Below, one piece after another: positions 1 to 10,155 of a stretch of DNA of 64,000 nucleotides; position 1 is the first letter of the stretch, and every line of letters begins with the position of its first letter. The notes under the pieces are model-generated. The model was not told where the DNA came from and did no database searches. It saw only the letters and a list, made by a program, of their open reading frames with translations. A program made the translations under genes and the position numbers. Source of the DNA: a bacterium (GTDB taxonomy: Bacteria; SAR324; JACQKK01). Location: the NCBI GenBank assembly GCA_965240465.1, contig OZ251219.1:1280001-1344000 (forward strand), in the 5' to 3' direction.

Positions 1-853
1 CAGTACTACGGCTGCCAAAGGCGATGTGGTCATCTTTGATTTTCAAGGTCGGCTGGAAGGACAGACTTTTTCAGGCGGAAGTGGTGAAAATCAACGCTTG
101 GAGGTAGGAGGAACAGGCTATCTGCCCGATTTCCAAAGTCAGTTTGAAGGCGTTTCTAGCGGTCAGAAGAAGGTATTTTCCCTTTCTTTTCCTGCCGATT
201 ATGAGGCAACTGAGCTGGCAGGTAAACAGGTTGAATTCACTGTGAACATCAAGGAGGTACAACAAATAATCCTGCCTGAGGTCAATCAGGAATTTTTGAA
301 GGGTTTTGGCGAATTCAAGGATCTAAAAGAATTTCGCGATAAAATAAGCCAGCTGATAGATAGCCAAAAAAAGCACCAACAGCACCGTCAACTGGTGGAT
401 ACTTTGGCACAGCAAATTCAAGATAAATATAGCTTTGATGTTCCCGAGCGACTGATAAATAGAGGATTAGAAATTCTAAAAGAAAAAATGGATAAACAAA
501 ATCCTCCTCCAGATAAAAAAACTCGTAAAAAATATCTGGCTGAGGAAGAAAAACGTATTTGCAGCGGATTAAAGCTCAATTATGTGGTGGAAGCCCTAGT
601 ACGTGCTTACGGTATAAGGGTTGATCCAGTAGAACTACGACAACGTTTCAACATGCAAGCCATGATGGCTCGCCAAGATCCCTCCGAATTGATGAACTCC
701 CCCAATGGTGAAAAAATGATGCAAGAAATCCATGACAATATCCTGTATGAACGATCATTAGGCCATTTTAGTGCCTTGATACTCGGGGAACTACCTCACA
801 AATCCCCCGACAAATCCCCCGATAAATCCCCCGACAAATCCAAAGGAAAATGA
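1..853 (+). CDS. tig: Trigger factor, 5'-truncated by window edge
   Basis: FKBP-like segment [14 protein letters not shown]...FPADY...[10 protein letters not shown] plus C-terminal domain; directly upstream of clpP. Confidence 0.92.
   Translation, partial: STTAAKGDVVIFDFQGRLEGQTFSGGSGENQRLEVGGTGYLPDFQSQFEGVSSGQKKVFSLSFPADYEATELAGKQVEFTVNIKEVQQIILPEVNQEFLKGFGEFKDLKEFRDKISQLIDSQKKHQQHRQLVDTLAQQIQDKYSFDVPERLINRGLEILKEKMDKQNPPPDKKTRKKYLAEEEKRICSGLKLNYVVEALVRAYGIRVDPVELRQRFNMQAMMARQDPSELMNSPNGEKMMQEIHDNILYERSLGHFSALILGELPHKSPDKSPDKSPDKSKGK
799..841 (+). repeat. 12-bp in-frame tandem repeat (KSPD) at tig C-terminus
   Basis: caaatcccccga x~3.5. Confidence 0.9.
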
Positions 854-854
854 C

Positions 855-1460
855 ATGACACTGGTACCCATGGTCGTAGAACAAAGCAGTCGCGGTGAAC
901 GTGCCTTTGATATTTATTCTCGCCTGTTAAAAGATCGCATTGTGTTTATCGGGGCTCCTTTGGATGATGTGGTAGCTAATTTATCCGTAGCTCAGTTACT
1001 CTACCTAGAAGCCGAAGACGCGGTAACAGAGATATCCATGTACATCAATTGCCCTGGAGGGAGTTTAACGGCAGGATTATGCGTCCACGACACCATGCAA
1101 TATGTTTCTCCTCCGATACAAACTATCTGCTTGGGTCAGGCGGTCAGCTTGGGAGCCTTATTGCTAGCAGGAGGTGCAGCTGGCAGGCGTTATGCCCTTC
1201 CTAATTCCCGCATGATGCTCCATCAGCCATTAGGAACGGTGTCTGGGCAGGCATCCGATATTGATATTCATGCTCGCGAAGTACTGCGGTTGAAAAGCAA
1301 GATCAATGTTCTTTTGGCTAGATACAGCGGAAAGAATATCAAGAAAATAGAAAAAGATACCCAAAGAGATTATTTCATGAGTGCTCAAGAAGCCCTCCAA
1401 TACAAACTAATTGACCACATCATGGAGAAAAAACCAGACCCCGTTAAAGAAGCAGCTTAG
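855..1460 (+). CDS. clpP: ATP-dependent Clp protease proteolytic subunit
   Basis: [49 protein letters not shown] motifs. Confidence 0.97.
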   Translation: MTLVPMVVEQSSRGERAFDIYSRLLKDRIVFIGAPLDDVVANLSVAQLLYLEAEDAVTEISMYINCPGGSLTAGLCVHDTMQYVSPPIQTICLGQAVSLGALLLAGGAAGRRYALPNSRMMLHQPLGTVSGQASDIDIHAREVLRLKSKINVLLARYSGKNIKKIEKDTQRDYFMSAQEALQYKLIDHIMEKKPDPVKEAA

Positions 1461-1485
1461 TAGTAGCCAGCCTAGATAAACAATG

Positions 1486-2538
1486 CTAGTCAAATGAAAG
1501 AGCGGCTTTAAGTTTCGGTGAGAGTTTTTGCTCTAAGCGAGGTCCGATTTTGCTGACAACCTCAGCTGCGATGGTACATCCCAGCTGACCCGCTTGTAGC
1601 AAGGAGGCATTAGACATCAGCCCGAACAATAATCCCGCCGCGAAGGCATCGCCAGCTCCAGTGGTGTCAATAACTTGAGTGGGAAGGACTTCAACGGACA
1701 CCATTTCATGCTGGTCTTTTATTAGGACGCCATTAGCTCCCATTGTCAGCGTGGCGATCAGGTCGTATTGCTGCAGAGCTGCTAATGCTTCGTGAGCACT
1801 AGTTTGCTGAGTGAGAGCTATTCCTTCTTCCAAATTGCCCAACACCAATTGAACTCCTTCCCCCAAGGTTTGTCGCAGTTCGGCTTGATTGCGTTTCACG
1901 CAGGCGGGATCTGCTAGGTTAATGGCAATGGATACCCCGTACTTACGTGCTAGTTTCAAAGTTTCCTTGACGGTAGCCTTAGTACTGGGGCTGTCCCAGA
2001 GATAAGAGCTGGTATAAAGCCAATCGGCTTGGGACAGGGTTTCTTCAGGAATATGTTGTGGAGACAAGGACTGCGATGCCCCCAGAAATGTAGCCATAGT
2101 GCGTTCGGCATCGGGAGTGATTAAAATCATGGCACTGCCTGTTTTTATTTTAGGGTCGGTGCTGATGAGGCATTGAACTCCATTTTGGGCTAATTTTTGG
2201 GTGAAAATCTTCCCTAGGTGATCATTTCCCACGCAGCCGACAAAGGCACCGCGACCTCCCAGCAGAGAGAACGCTTGCATGGTATTGGCACAAGCTCCAC
2301 CGGGTTCATGCTGAATGGTTTTATCCTTCAGAGCAGCTAGCATTTTGGCTTGCTGAGTGGCATCAACTAGGAGCATCTGGCCTTTCTTTAGCTGTTGCTG
2401 TTGCAGAAAGTCATCGTCCACCTGAACCAGCATATCCATGAGGGGATTTTCTACTCCCAGCAACAGGGGAGGCTCAGAAGAGCGGGAAAGGCTTGGAGGG
2501 CTGGGGGGGCTGGGGGGGGGGGGATTGGAGGGGGTCAT
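1486..2538 (-). CDS. PfkB-family carbohydrate/adenosine kinase
   Basis: PGGACANT, VGNDHLG and DTTGAGDAFAAG PfkB signatures. Confidence 0.9.
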   Translation of the reverse strand: MTPSNPPPPSPPSPPSLSRSSEPPLLLGVENPLMDMLVQVDDDFLQQQQLKKGQMLLVDATQQAKMLAALKDKTIQHEPGGACANTMQAFSLLGGRGAFVGCVGNDHLGKIFTQKLAQNGVQCLISTDPKIKTGSAMILITPDAERTMATFLGASQSLSPQHIPEETLSQADWLYTSSYLWDSPSTKATVKETLKLARKYGVSIAINLADPACVKRNQAELRQTLGEGVQLVLGNLEEGIALTQQTSAHEALAALQQYDLIATLTMGANGVLIKDQHEMVSVEVLPTQVIDTTGAGDAFAAGLLFGLMSNASLLQAGQLGCTIAAEVVSKIGPRLEQKLSPKLKAALSFD

Positions 2539-2539
2539 T

Positions 2540-3712
2540 TTAGGTAAGGGTTAAAAGTAGGCTACTAAAGAAGGCTATTATCCAGCTGGTCCATTGCCAC
2601 CAGCCGAGACGCTTAAAGTATTGGCTATGCGGGAGTAGTTCTTCAAGCGGGATGCCTCCTTGTCCGCGTAATCCTCTGATGGCGGATTCTGCTAGCCATT
2701 CTATGAAGCGGGGGTGATTTCCGATGGCATCTACTCGGACGGCTTTCATGCCATTTTTTTCAGCTTGTTGACAATAGGTTATTTCTATTTCGTACAGGGT
2801 TTCAATATGGTCGTTGACGAAGCTGAGCGGGACAAAGACCAAGTTACGTATCCCTTTGGAGGGAAGGGTGTTGATGATTTCATGGGTATAGGGTTTAAGC
2901 CATTCTAGTGGTCCGATTTTGCTTTGGAAGCTCAGTGCGAATTGCCATTCTGGGAGTCTGGCTTGTAGGGCTTCTAGCGAGGTTTGTACTTCTAATCGGT
3001 AGGGGTCTCCTTGGTTCACGTATGTACGAGGCAAGCCGTGTGCAGAGCATAGAATAAGAGTGTGGGCGGGTTTTAAGCGGGATTTTTTTAATTTTTTTCG
3101 TAGTTTATCTTCTAGGGCATCAATGTAGGCTGGTTCGGCTGGATAAGAACGCTGGGCGGTTACGATTCCTTCCCATTTGCCTTCCCATTTGCCTTCCCAT
3201 TTGCCATTCCGATGACAATTGCTGAGTAGATGTACCAGTTGTTCTAAGGAAGATCCAGTAGTCGCCCAGCTAAACTGGGGCTGCATTGTGAGAGCATGTA
3301 CCCGCTGAACGCCTGATGCAACTAGCTTTTGTACCGAATACTGGGCTTGCTGTGGCAAATAGCGATGCACTACAAACACTTGCCAGTTATAACCGCGTTT
3401 TTTTAATTGAAGTCGTAGTTCATCGGCTACTACTTCGGTAGCTTGAAAAATAGGAGAATGCCCTCCGATTTCTGCGTACTGCTTTTGCACCTCTGGGGAG
3501 CGTAGGTGGGCGATTATCCTAGCCAGCAGGTTCTGCACCCATTGAGGAACTGGTAGCTGAATGGTGTTAGGATCCTTGAATATCCCATAAATGAACGCTT
3601 TGATTTCCTGCTGACTGCGAGGACCGCCAAAGTTCAGCAGTACAATCGCCTCTTTTTTATTGATTTGTTTTTTATTCAAAGGTTGATATTTGCCGACTGC
3701 CGAAACGGACAT
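2540..3712 (-). CDS. hemH: Ferrochelatase (start taken at ATG 3712; ORF is open to 3796)
   Basis: LLNFGGP, YAEIGGHSP, SAHGLP, GDPY, FQSKIGPLEWLKP, FVNDHIETLYEI. Confidence 0.93.
   Translation of the reverse strand: MSVSAVGKYQPLNKKQINKKEAIVLLNFGGPRSQQEIKAFIYGIFKDPNTIQLPVPQWVQNLLARIIAHLRSPEVQKQYAEIGGHSPIFQATEVVADELRLQLKKRGYNWQVFVVHRYLPQQAQYSVQKLVASGVQRVHALTMQPQFSWATTGSSLEQLVHLLSNCHRNGKWEGKWEGKWEGIVTAQRSYPAEPAYIDALEDKLRKKLKKSRLKPAHTLILCSAHGLPRTYVNQGDPYRLEVQTSLEALQARLPEWQFALSFQSKIGPLEWLKPYTHEIINTLPSKGIRNLVFVPLSFVNDHIETLYEIEITYCQQAEKNGMKAVRVDAIGNHPRFIEWLAESAIRGLRGQGGIPLEELLPHSQYFKRLGWWQWTSWIIAFFSSLLLTLT
3168..3205. repeat. 12-bp in-frame tandem repeat (GKWE) inside hemH
   Basis: ccttcccatttg x3. 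Confidence 0.9.
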
Positions 3713-3879
3713 AATCAGGGAGTGATTTATAAACAAAGAATTTCTACTAGGTATCTTATTGCTGACAAGCAGGAAAAATGCTACCCTGAGTATCACTGAT
3801 TGCGATCAATATGACTATAATGATAGAAAAACATTAGGCAAATCTATCTTAAACGCAGCTACTCTAAGGAAATATCCCT

Positions 3880-4815
3880 ATGATACAACGCGGTTGGCTT
3901 GTTTTGAACAATTTGGCACTTACCACCTTATTGGGCTACAACGTGGGACTTGGCACGGTGGGTGTACTGGAGGATAAATTAGATTCCTCAATTTTATCTT
4001 CGCCCGTGAGTACAAAAGCTGTGGTTCATCCTGAAAAAAAGGAGTACCAGACTTTTTCTTCCCAAGTGGTGGAGAGCATCTTGGAGGCTAATGCTTTTAA
4101 TGCTCGCCGCAATCCTAAGCCCTTGCCTGAAATCTTGCCTGCTGATGGTGTTCCAGTGGCAGCTAAGCTATCCATTCGCTTGGCGGGTACGGCTTTGCTG
4201 GGAACAATCTCCTTCGCGATCATAACTGATCAAAGTAATGAAAAACAACGTGCTTATCAGCTGAACGATTGTCTACCAACTACCACCAAAAAAACCGAGT
4301 GTATTTCTAGTCAGGGCAGGCTGGTGAAGATCAATCCTCGGTCGGTGGAGGTAAAGTACAATGGCAAAATACAGGTTTATGATATTCAACACAGAGAAGT
4401 TGCCAGTAATACTGAATCTAGGAGTCTTGCATCAGCAAGATCTTCAACTAGAAGCAGGATTTCTGCTCCCTTGCCAGTGACCCGTAGAGGCAGAAAGATT
4501 GATGTCAACGTGCCTAGTGTGGAAGTACAGCAGGCATTTGAGAATTTTTCTTCGGTCTTAAAGCAAGCCCTAGTGGTTCCACACGAGGAAAATGGCAAAC
4601 CCGATGGCTTTAGCATCAAAAAAATAGTCCCAGGAGGAGTATTCGCACGATTAAACCTGAAGAATGGTGATGTAATTCAGACAGTCAATGGCAGCGATCT
4701 AACCACCGCAGACCAAGCCATTCAATTACTGAATGCTTTTCGCAATGATAAGGAAATTGTCTTAGGTGTTAAACGCAACGGCAAACCCCTAGAATTTAAT
4801 TATCATGTTAAGTAG
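3880..4815 (+). CDS. gspC: Type II secretion GspC-like protein with C-terminal PDZ domain
   Basis: N-terminal TM; LAGT...FAII HR-like segment; VVPHEENGKPDGFSI...LKNGDVIQTVNG...KRNGKP PDZ. Confidence 0.8.
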   Translation: MIQRGWLVLNNLALTTLLGYNVGLGTVGVLEDKLDSSILSSPVSTKAVVHPEKKEYQTFSSQVVESILEANAFNARRNPKPLPEILPADGVPVAAKLSIRLAGTALLGTISFAIITDQSNEKQRAYQLNDCLPTTTKKTECISSQGRLVKINPRSVEVKYNGKIQVYDIQHREVASNTESRSLASARSSTRSRISAPLPVTRRGRKIDVNVPSVEVQQAFENFSSVLKQALVVPHEENGKPDGFSIKKIVPGGVFARLNLKNGDVIQTVNGSDLTTADQAIQLLNAFRNDKEIVLGVKRNGKPLEFNYHVK

Positions 4816-4832
4816 GGTGGCGAGTTTTCACC

Positions 4833-6353
4833 TCAGCTTGGCGAAGATGAAGATGATGATGATGAGGCGGGGCTGGTATTTTTGCGTGTAGGACGCTGAC
4901 GATGGAAAGCGGCGGTTTCACAGAAGATATGAGCTGCTTTCAGTAGTTCACCTTCTTGGAAGTGCCTACCGATTAGTTGCAGTCCGAACGGTAATTTAGA
5001 AGAGCTAAATCCAGACGGGATGGTAATTCCCGGCAGCTCGGCTAGATTAAGGGGCAGGGTGAATATGTCGTGATTGTAGGTTTGTAGGGGTGTGAGGGAG
5101 GTACTTAGATAGATGGCTTCGGTGGGAGTAGTGGGGGTAGCTAGCAATTCTACTTCTAAAAAGGCTTTGGCGAAATCGTTGCGTAGGGATTGTCTTAGGG
5201 CGGAGGCTTTCTTGTAGTAGTCGTTATGAAATCCAGCACTGAGGGCAAAAGTTCCCAGCATGATGCGGAGTTTTACCTCCTTACCCAGACCCGCTTTTCT
5301 GGTGTGGCAGTATAATTCACGCAGCCCTAGCTTATCGGTGGCACGTACGCCATAGCGAATTCCATCATAACGACCTAAGTTGGAACTAGCTTCAGCTGGG
5401 GCTATTAAATGATATATGGAAAAGGCAAATTTCCAGTTAGGAATAGAAATTTGACGCACCTCAGCCCCTAGGCTTTTCAATAATTTAACACTCTGCCTAA
5501 AATTATCTCGGATCTCAGTTGTCCCTTCCAGTTCGCTTTCCAATTCTCTGACCAAGCCGATACGCTTTCCTTTTAAGCTGGCGTTATCTAATAAGGCAGG
5601 ATAATCGGGGATTGGTTCTTGGGCACTGGTGGAATCTAGAGGGTCGTGCCCTGCGAGTGCCTTTAGTAACAAGGCACTGTCCCTAACATCGTGAGTGAGA
5701 ATTCCAGCGGTGTCCAAAGAGCTGGCAAATGCCACCATTCCATAACGGCTGATAAGCCCATAAGTGGGCTTCAATCCCACTAAGCCTGTCCACGCACATG
5801 GCTGACGGACGGAACCCCCAGTATCGGTACCTATGGAGGCTAGGGCTTCTCCAGCCGCGACCGCAGCTGCAGAACCACCTGATGACCCCCCTGGCGAACA
5901 ACGCAAATTCCACGGATTGTAAGATGGTCCAAATCCGGAATTTTTGGTGGAAGAACCCATGGCAAATTCATCCAAGTTGGTTTTACCAGTCAGGCTCATG
6001 CCTGCCTCTTTAAGACGCTTGGTCACGGTGGCATCGTAAGAAGGAATAAAATTAGCTAGTATCTTGGAACCACAAGTGGTTTTAATTCCCTCGGTGATGA
6101 AGATGTCTTTCAGGGCTATGGGCATCCCTGCCAATGGCGATGATAACTGACCCTTCTTTAGTTGCTTATCGGTATTTCGGGCGGATTCCAATAAATTCTC
6201 CGTGGTTAAGAGAAGGTAGGCCTTTACTTGAGATTCGGTTTCCTCAATCCTTTTCAGCACAGAATTAGCAATATCCTCGGTACTCACTACGCCTTGCTGA
6301 CGAAGAGTGTGGAGCTCATGAATCGGGCGATCACAAAGTTCTAAATCGGTCAT
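4833..6353 (-). CDS. gatA: Asp/Glu-tRNA amidotransferase subunit A
   Basis: GKTNLDEFAMGSS, PGGSSGGSAAAV, GTDTGGSVRQP, EASSNLGRYDGIRYG. Confidence 0.96.
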   Translation of the reverse strand: MTDLELCDRPIHELHTLRQQGVVSTEDIANSVLKRIEETESQVKAYLLLTTENLLESARNTDKQLKKGQLSSPLAGMPIALKDIFITEGIKTTCGSKILANFIPSYDATVTKRLKEAGMSLTGKTNLDEFAMGSSTKNSGFGPSYNPWNLRCSPGGSSGGSAAAVAAGEALASIGTDTGGSVRQPCAWTGLVGLKPTYGLISRYGMVAFASSLDTAGILTHDVRDSALLLKALAGHDPLDSTSAQEPIPDYPALLDNASLKGKRIGLVRELESELEGTTEIRDNFRQSVKLLKSLGAEVRQISIPNWKFAFSIYHLIAPAEASSNLGRYDGIRYGVRATDKLGLRELYCHTRKAGLGKEVKLRIMLGTFALSAGFHNDYYKKASALRQSLRNDFAKAFLEVELLATPTTPTEAIYLSTSLTPLQTYNHDIFTLPLNLAELPGITIPSGFSSSKLPFGLQLIGRHFQEGELLKAAHIFCETAAFHRQRPTRKNTSPASSSSSSSSPS

Positions 6354-6410
6354 GCTAAATCGGTCATGCTAAATTGGTCATGCTAAATTGGTCATGCTAA
6401 ATCAGTCATG
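6341..6410 (-). repeat. 14-bp tandem repeat x5 that duplicates the gatA start codon
   Basis: ctaaat(c/t)(g/a)gtcatg at 6341, 6355, 6369, 6383, 6397. Confidence 0.92.
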
Positions 6411-6519
6411 GAAGATTGTTTAGCTGGAGAATATGGAGAGTATCAAAAATGAGTTTTATGAAGAACGAACGCACATGCATGATAAGCTAATGATAATCTA
6501 TTGCGATAAGCCAAGAATG

Positions 6520-7062
6520 TCAGGAAGCAATAGTCCTAGGACGAAAATATCCTTCTTCACCGTGATGGGTTTGAAACAAAGTGGTATTCAAAAAATTTGT
6601 GTTCAAGACCACAATTTTCAACAAATGATGCCTAATAACTCGCTCTACCAGTTCAGCGGGCCAGTGACTAGGTAATTTGTGTTTTTTTTGGTCGGTAGTC
6701 AACAATTTACTGGCTTCTATATTGATCTGATGTCGCGGAGCAGAAAAGAGCAATAGCCGATAGGCATTGGGCTGGGGATTCAATAGATAGGCGCGGTATT
6801 CGCTGGAGAACTCCAAGGGAACGCCATGTACCAGCGAACTGGCGTGAAATAATAATCCTTTACGACCTTGCCGTGGCAAATGAAAATTCCAAAGGATGCT
6901 CTTTTTCTTGGGTTTTCTGAGATAGATGCCATTCATACTTATTTGCCGAGGAAAAGCCTCAGAATGAATACCAAAGTGGTAGGGCGGAACAGAATATAAG
7001 TATAATTTTACTGGCTTCACCTTAGATAGAGTTTTTGGTAGGTGGGGTCGTGTTTTAAGCAT
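6520..7062 (-). CDS. Hypothetical protein
   Basis: 180-aa ORF co-oriented between ilvE and gatA; no motif recognised. Confidence 0.5.
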   Translation of the reverse strand: MLKTRPHLPKTLSKVKPVKLYLYSVPPYHFGIHSEAFPRQISMNGIYLRKPKKKSILWNFHLPRQGRKGLLFHASSLVHGVPLEFSSEYRAYLLNPQPNAYRLLLFSAPRHQINIEASKLLTTDQKKHKLPSHWPAELVERVIRHHLLKIVVLNTNFLNTTLFQTHHGEEGYFRPRTIAS

Positions 7063-7089
7063 GGAAACAATAAGTTAGGCAAGAGTCAA

Positions 7090-8181
7090 TTATACAGATG
7101 GGTTTAACGAGGTATAGCATGAACCCATCCAAAGGGGGTCGGGAGTGCGTCCGTACTGGATGTCTGTCAGTTCTTTGAGTAAGCGAGCGGCTATGCTGCC
7201 ATCTTTTGCTTCCGCGATTGGATAATCTTTGGCTTGATAATTAAGGTTCTTTACCGAAGAAATAACGGCTACGGTCCCAGAACCAAAGACTTCTTCCAGA
7301 GTTCCTGCTTGTTGGGCTGTTAAGACTTCTTGTAGGGCGATTGGGCGTTCTTCGTGAGGGATATCCCAGCTTTTCAGCAGTTGCAAGATGGAATCTCTGG
7401 TGATGCCCGGTAAAATGGTGCCACCTAAGGCTGGAGTAATCACGGTTCCTCTTATTTTGAAAAATATATTCATAGACCCGACTTCTTCCACCCAGCGTTT
7501 TTCTTGTGAATCAAGCCACAACACTTGTGCGTGACCGCTATTATGAGCTTCTTCCTCAGCCAGCATGGCGGCAGAGTAATTAGCAGAAGCTTTGACATCG
7601 CCTAAGCCGCCGCGGGAAGCACGTGAATATTTTTCATTCACCATGATGGACACTGGCTTAAAGCCTGTCTGATAGAAAGATCCTACGGGGCTAGTAATGA
7701 CAAACAAACGGACTTCATTGGTAGGCCTCAAGCCCAAAAATGGCTCTGCGGCCACTAGGGTAGGACGAATATAAAGCGAAGTTCCCGTAGCACTAAGTAT
7801 CCATTCTTGATCAATTTCCAGCAATTTTTCAATCCCTTTTAACAGAAATGCTTCATCTACTTCTGGTAGGGTCAAGCGACGTGCAGAACGATTGAGGCGT
7901 TTCATGTTCTCCCGCGGACGAAATAAATTCACTCCGCCTCCATGGGTGCGATAGGCTTTCAACCCCTCAAATACTGATTGCGCGTAGTGCAACACAAAGG
8001 CAGCAGGAGAAATATGAAAATCCTCCATGCCACAGATGCACGCCTCTCCCCAGCCCTCCTTTCTAGTCCAGGGCATGGTAAACATGTGGTCACCATAGTA
8101 AAGACTAAAACCGAGCTTATTTTCATCGCTAGGCTTAGGCCTACGCTCTTTCAGCGGAAGTAGGCGATATTCAATACTCAC
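7090..8181 (-). CDS. ilvE: Branched-chain amino acid aminotransferase (possible +1 frameshift near C-terminus)
   Basis: LHYAQSVFEGLKAY, SLYIRP, EEVGSMNIF, ILPGITR motifs. Confidence 0.95.
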   Translation of the reverse strand: MSIEYRLLPLKERRPKPSDENKLGFSLYYGDHMFTMPWTRKEGWGEACICGMEDFHISPAAFVLHYAQSVFEGLKAYRTHGGGVNLFRPRENMKRLNRSARRLTLPEVDEAFLLKGIEKLLEIDQEWILSATGTSLYIRPTLVAAEPFLGLRPTNEVRLFVITSPVGSFYQTGFKPVSIMVNEKYSRASRGGLGDVKASANYSAAMLAEEEAHNSGHAQVLWLDSQEKRWVEEVGSMNIFFKIRGTVITPALGGTILPGITRDSILQLLKSWDIPHEERPIALQEVLTAQQAGTLEEVFGSGTVAVISSVKNLNYQAKDYPIAEAKDGSIAARLLKELTDIQYGRTPDPLWMGSCYTSLNPSV

Positions 8182-8454
8182 GGCAGAAATCTCAGCTAGC
8201 TTAAGTAGCCCTCCATGGATGACGATAATAAATATTTTTGCAATAATTTCAACGGTCTTGCCAGTAGTCTATTTGCCAGTAATCAAGATAAACCAATGCT
8301 ATGACAAACTCTTGATAGCAGTGCATGGTAGGATTGTAGCTATTAAAAGTCAAACCGAGTTCTTTAAGTTTATAAGCCGATATTTTGTAATATATGCTAC
8401 CGCCGTAGTATCCTTCATCATTATTTTGAGCTATTTCTTTGGCGAGTATCTATT

Positions 8455-9519
8455 TTGTCTAAGATAATTGTACCAGAATTAGGAATTCACTCACCGCAAT
8501 GCACGGTACTTCACTGGGTAAAACAACCGGGCGAAGCGGTTAAAAAAGGTGATACCTTGCTGGAACTATCAGTGGAAAAAACCGTCTACACCCTTGAGGC
8601 TCCAGAAACAGGGGTGCTGAGTAAAATCTATGCCCCGATTGGCGCGGTACTTCCTCAGGGAGAAGCCTTGGGCTGGATTAGCAATAACGCAGCTGAAAAA
8701 GCTCCCGATCTAAAACCTCGCCTGCTGGATTGGGATGATACTATCGCTCCGATGCCAAATGATTTTCAACCCGAGCTCCCCAGCAACGAGCAGGTTACTT
8801 CAGTCGGTAGCCCCCGCAGTGCTGAGCTGAAAATTATACGGGAAGAACGCCGTTTGCATCACGGCAAAAAATTATCGGGGGTACTCAAAAGAGATATTAG
8901 CACTCGGATAAAAGTTTCTTGGCAAGAAGTGCCTAAGGTAGATTTGTTCTGCGATGTCAATTGCTCTAAGTACACCGAGATAAAAGCTTCACTAGGTAAG
9001 GATGGTGTGCCGTCTTATAATGCTGGGATTGCTTGGGCGGTCACTCGTGCTTTTCAGGCTTTTCCCCAATACAATCTCCATTGGGAGAACGGGCGTCCAG
9101 TCCCCAAAAATCAAATAGATGTGGGATTGGCAGTAGCCCTCAAAGATGAACTCATTACCGTGCGTACCGAAAATACCATCAACCTAAATATGATGGAAAT
9201 CCACCACAGATTCCGACTTTTAATTCGTAAGGCTCTGCGTCTTAATCTTACCGATCAGGAGCAATTCGGCAGTAGCCTCACCATCACCAACTTGGGTGAA
9301 ATCGGAGTGAAGTACTTTACTCCAATCATCAATCCTCCAGAAGTGTTTATCCTTTCTGTCGGGGCAATCCAAGCACGAGTCGTTCCTGTTGATAACAAAA
9401 TTGAAATAGTCCCCATGTGTACCATCGGGCTTAGCTTTGACCATCGCGCCATCAATGGAGCTCCTGCAGCTCGCTTGCTACAGGAAATTAAACGCAACCT
9501 AGAAAATCTGGTCGTTTAG
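8455..9519 (+). CDS. 2-oxoacid dehydrogenase E2 (dihydrolipoamide acyltransferase)-like protein
   Basis: Lipoyl domain (W.KQPGEAVKKGD.LLE.SVEK); TITNLG, FTPIINPPE, LSFDHRAINGA. Confidence 0.88.
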   Translation: MSKIIVPELGIHSPQCTVLHWVKQPGEAVKKGDTLLELSVEKTVYTLEAPETGVLSKIYAPIGAVLPQGEALGWISNNAAEKAPDLKPRLLDWDDTIAPMPNDFQPELPSNEQVTSVGSPRSAELKIIREERRLHHGKKLSGVLKRDISTRIKVSWQEVPKVDLFCDVNCSKYTEIKASLGKDGVPSYNAGIAWAVTRAFQAFPQYNLHWENGRPVPKNQIDVGLAVALKDELITVRTENTINLNMMEIHHRFRLLIRKALRLNLTDQEQFGSSLTITNLGEIGVKYFTPIINPPEVFILSVGAIQARVVPVDNKIEIVPMCTIGLSFDHRAINGAPAARLLQEIKRNLENLVV

Positions 9520-9543
9520 TCTACCGAGCAGCTATTTATGCTC

Positions 9544-9657
9544 GGGGGGGGGGGGGTTGTGTGGGTGCGTGTGGGTGCAAGAGTGGGTTGCGTGTGGGTG
9601 CAAGAGTGTGTGGGTGCGTGTGGGTGCAAGAGTGTGTGGGTGGGTGGGGGGGGGGTG
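9544..9657. repeat. G/GT-rich low-complexity repeat between convergent genes
   Basis: Poly-G runs flanking degenerate gtgtgggtgcaaga units. Confidence 0.85.
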
Positions 9658-9676
9658 CAGTTGTATAATCCCGCAC

Positions 9677-10060
9677 CTAATTGACAATGTTAGGGACGCT
9701 CAGGGAGAACATGGGTATTTTTATTTTGAAGGTTTCCTTATGTTCGTTAATCATTTGATATTCTCCCTCCATGGTGCCTACTGGGGAGTGCAACAGGGAG
9801 CTACTTTCATAATTGAATTCTTCACCGGGCTTTATAGTGGGCTGCATGCCGATAACTCCATCACCATGAATATGAAACACATGACCATTGCTATCGCTGA
9901 TAACCCAATGGCGAGTTAGCAACTGGAGAGTTTCCTGCCCTGTGTTACGTAGCTTAATTCGGTAGCCAAACCGATAATCATTCTTGTCGGCATCTGAATG
10001 CTCAGGAAGATAAAATGCCTCTGCACTGACTTCCATGTCGCTGGTAATCTCGGTATTCAC
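9677..10060 (-). CDS. apaG: ApaG protein (start taken at GTG 10060)
   Basis: Y.F.Y.I...N.G....QLLTRHWVI.D.NG; GDGVIGMQP.I.PGEEF.YES; GTMEGEY. Confidence 0.93.
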   Translation of the reverse strand: MNTEITSDMEVSAEAFYLPEHSDADKNDYRFGYRIKLRNTGQETLQLLTRHWVISDSNGHVFHIHGDGVIGMQPTIKPGEEFNYESSSLLHSPVGTMEGEYQMINEHKETFKIKIPMFSLSVPNIVN

Positions 10061-10155
10061 AAATGACGCCTCTCTTGTAGAAATGGTGCTAATAAAGCCA
10101 GACTGGTAAAAACTCCTAGCACAATCAACGCCCCATGCTCTCACGGATGTAAAAT

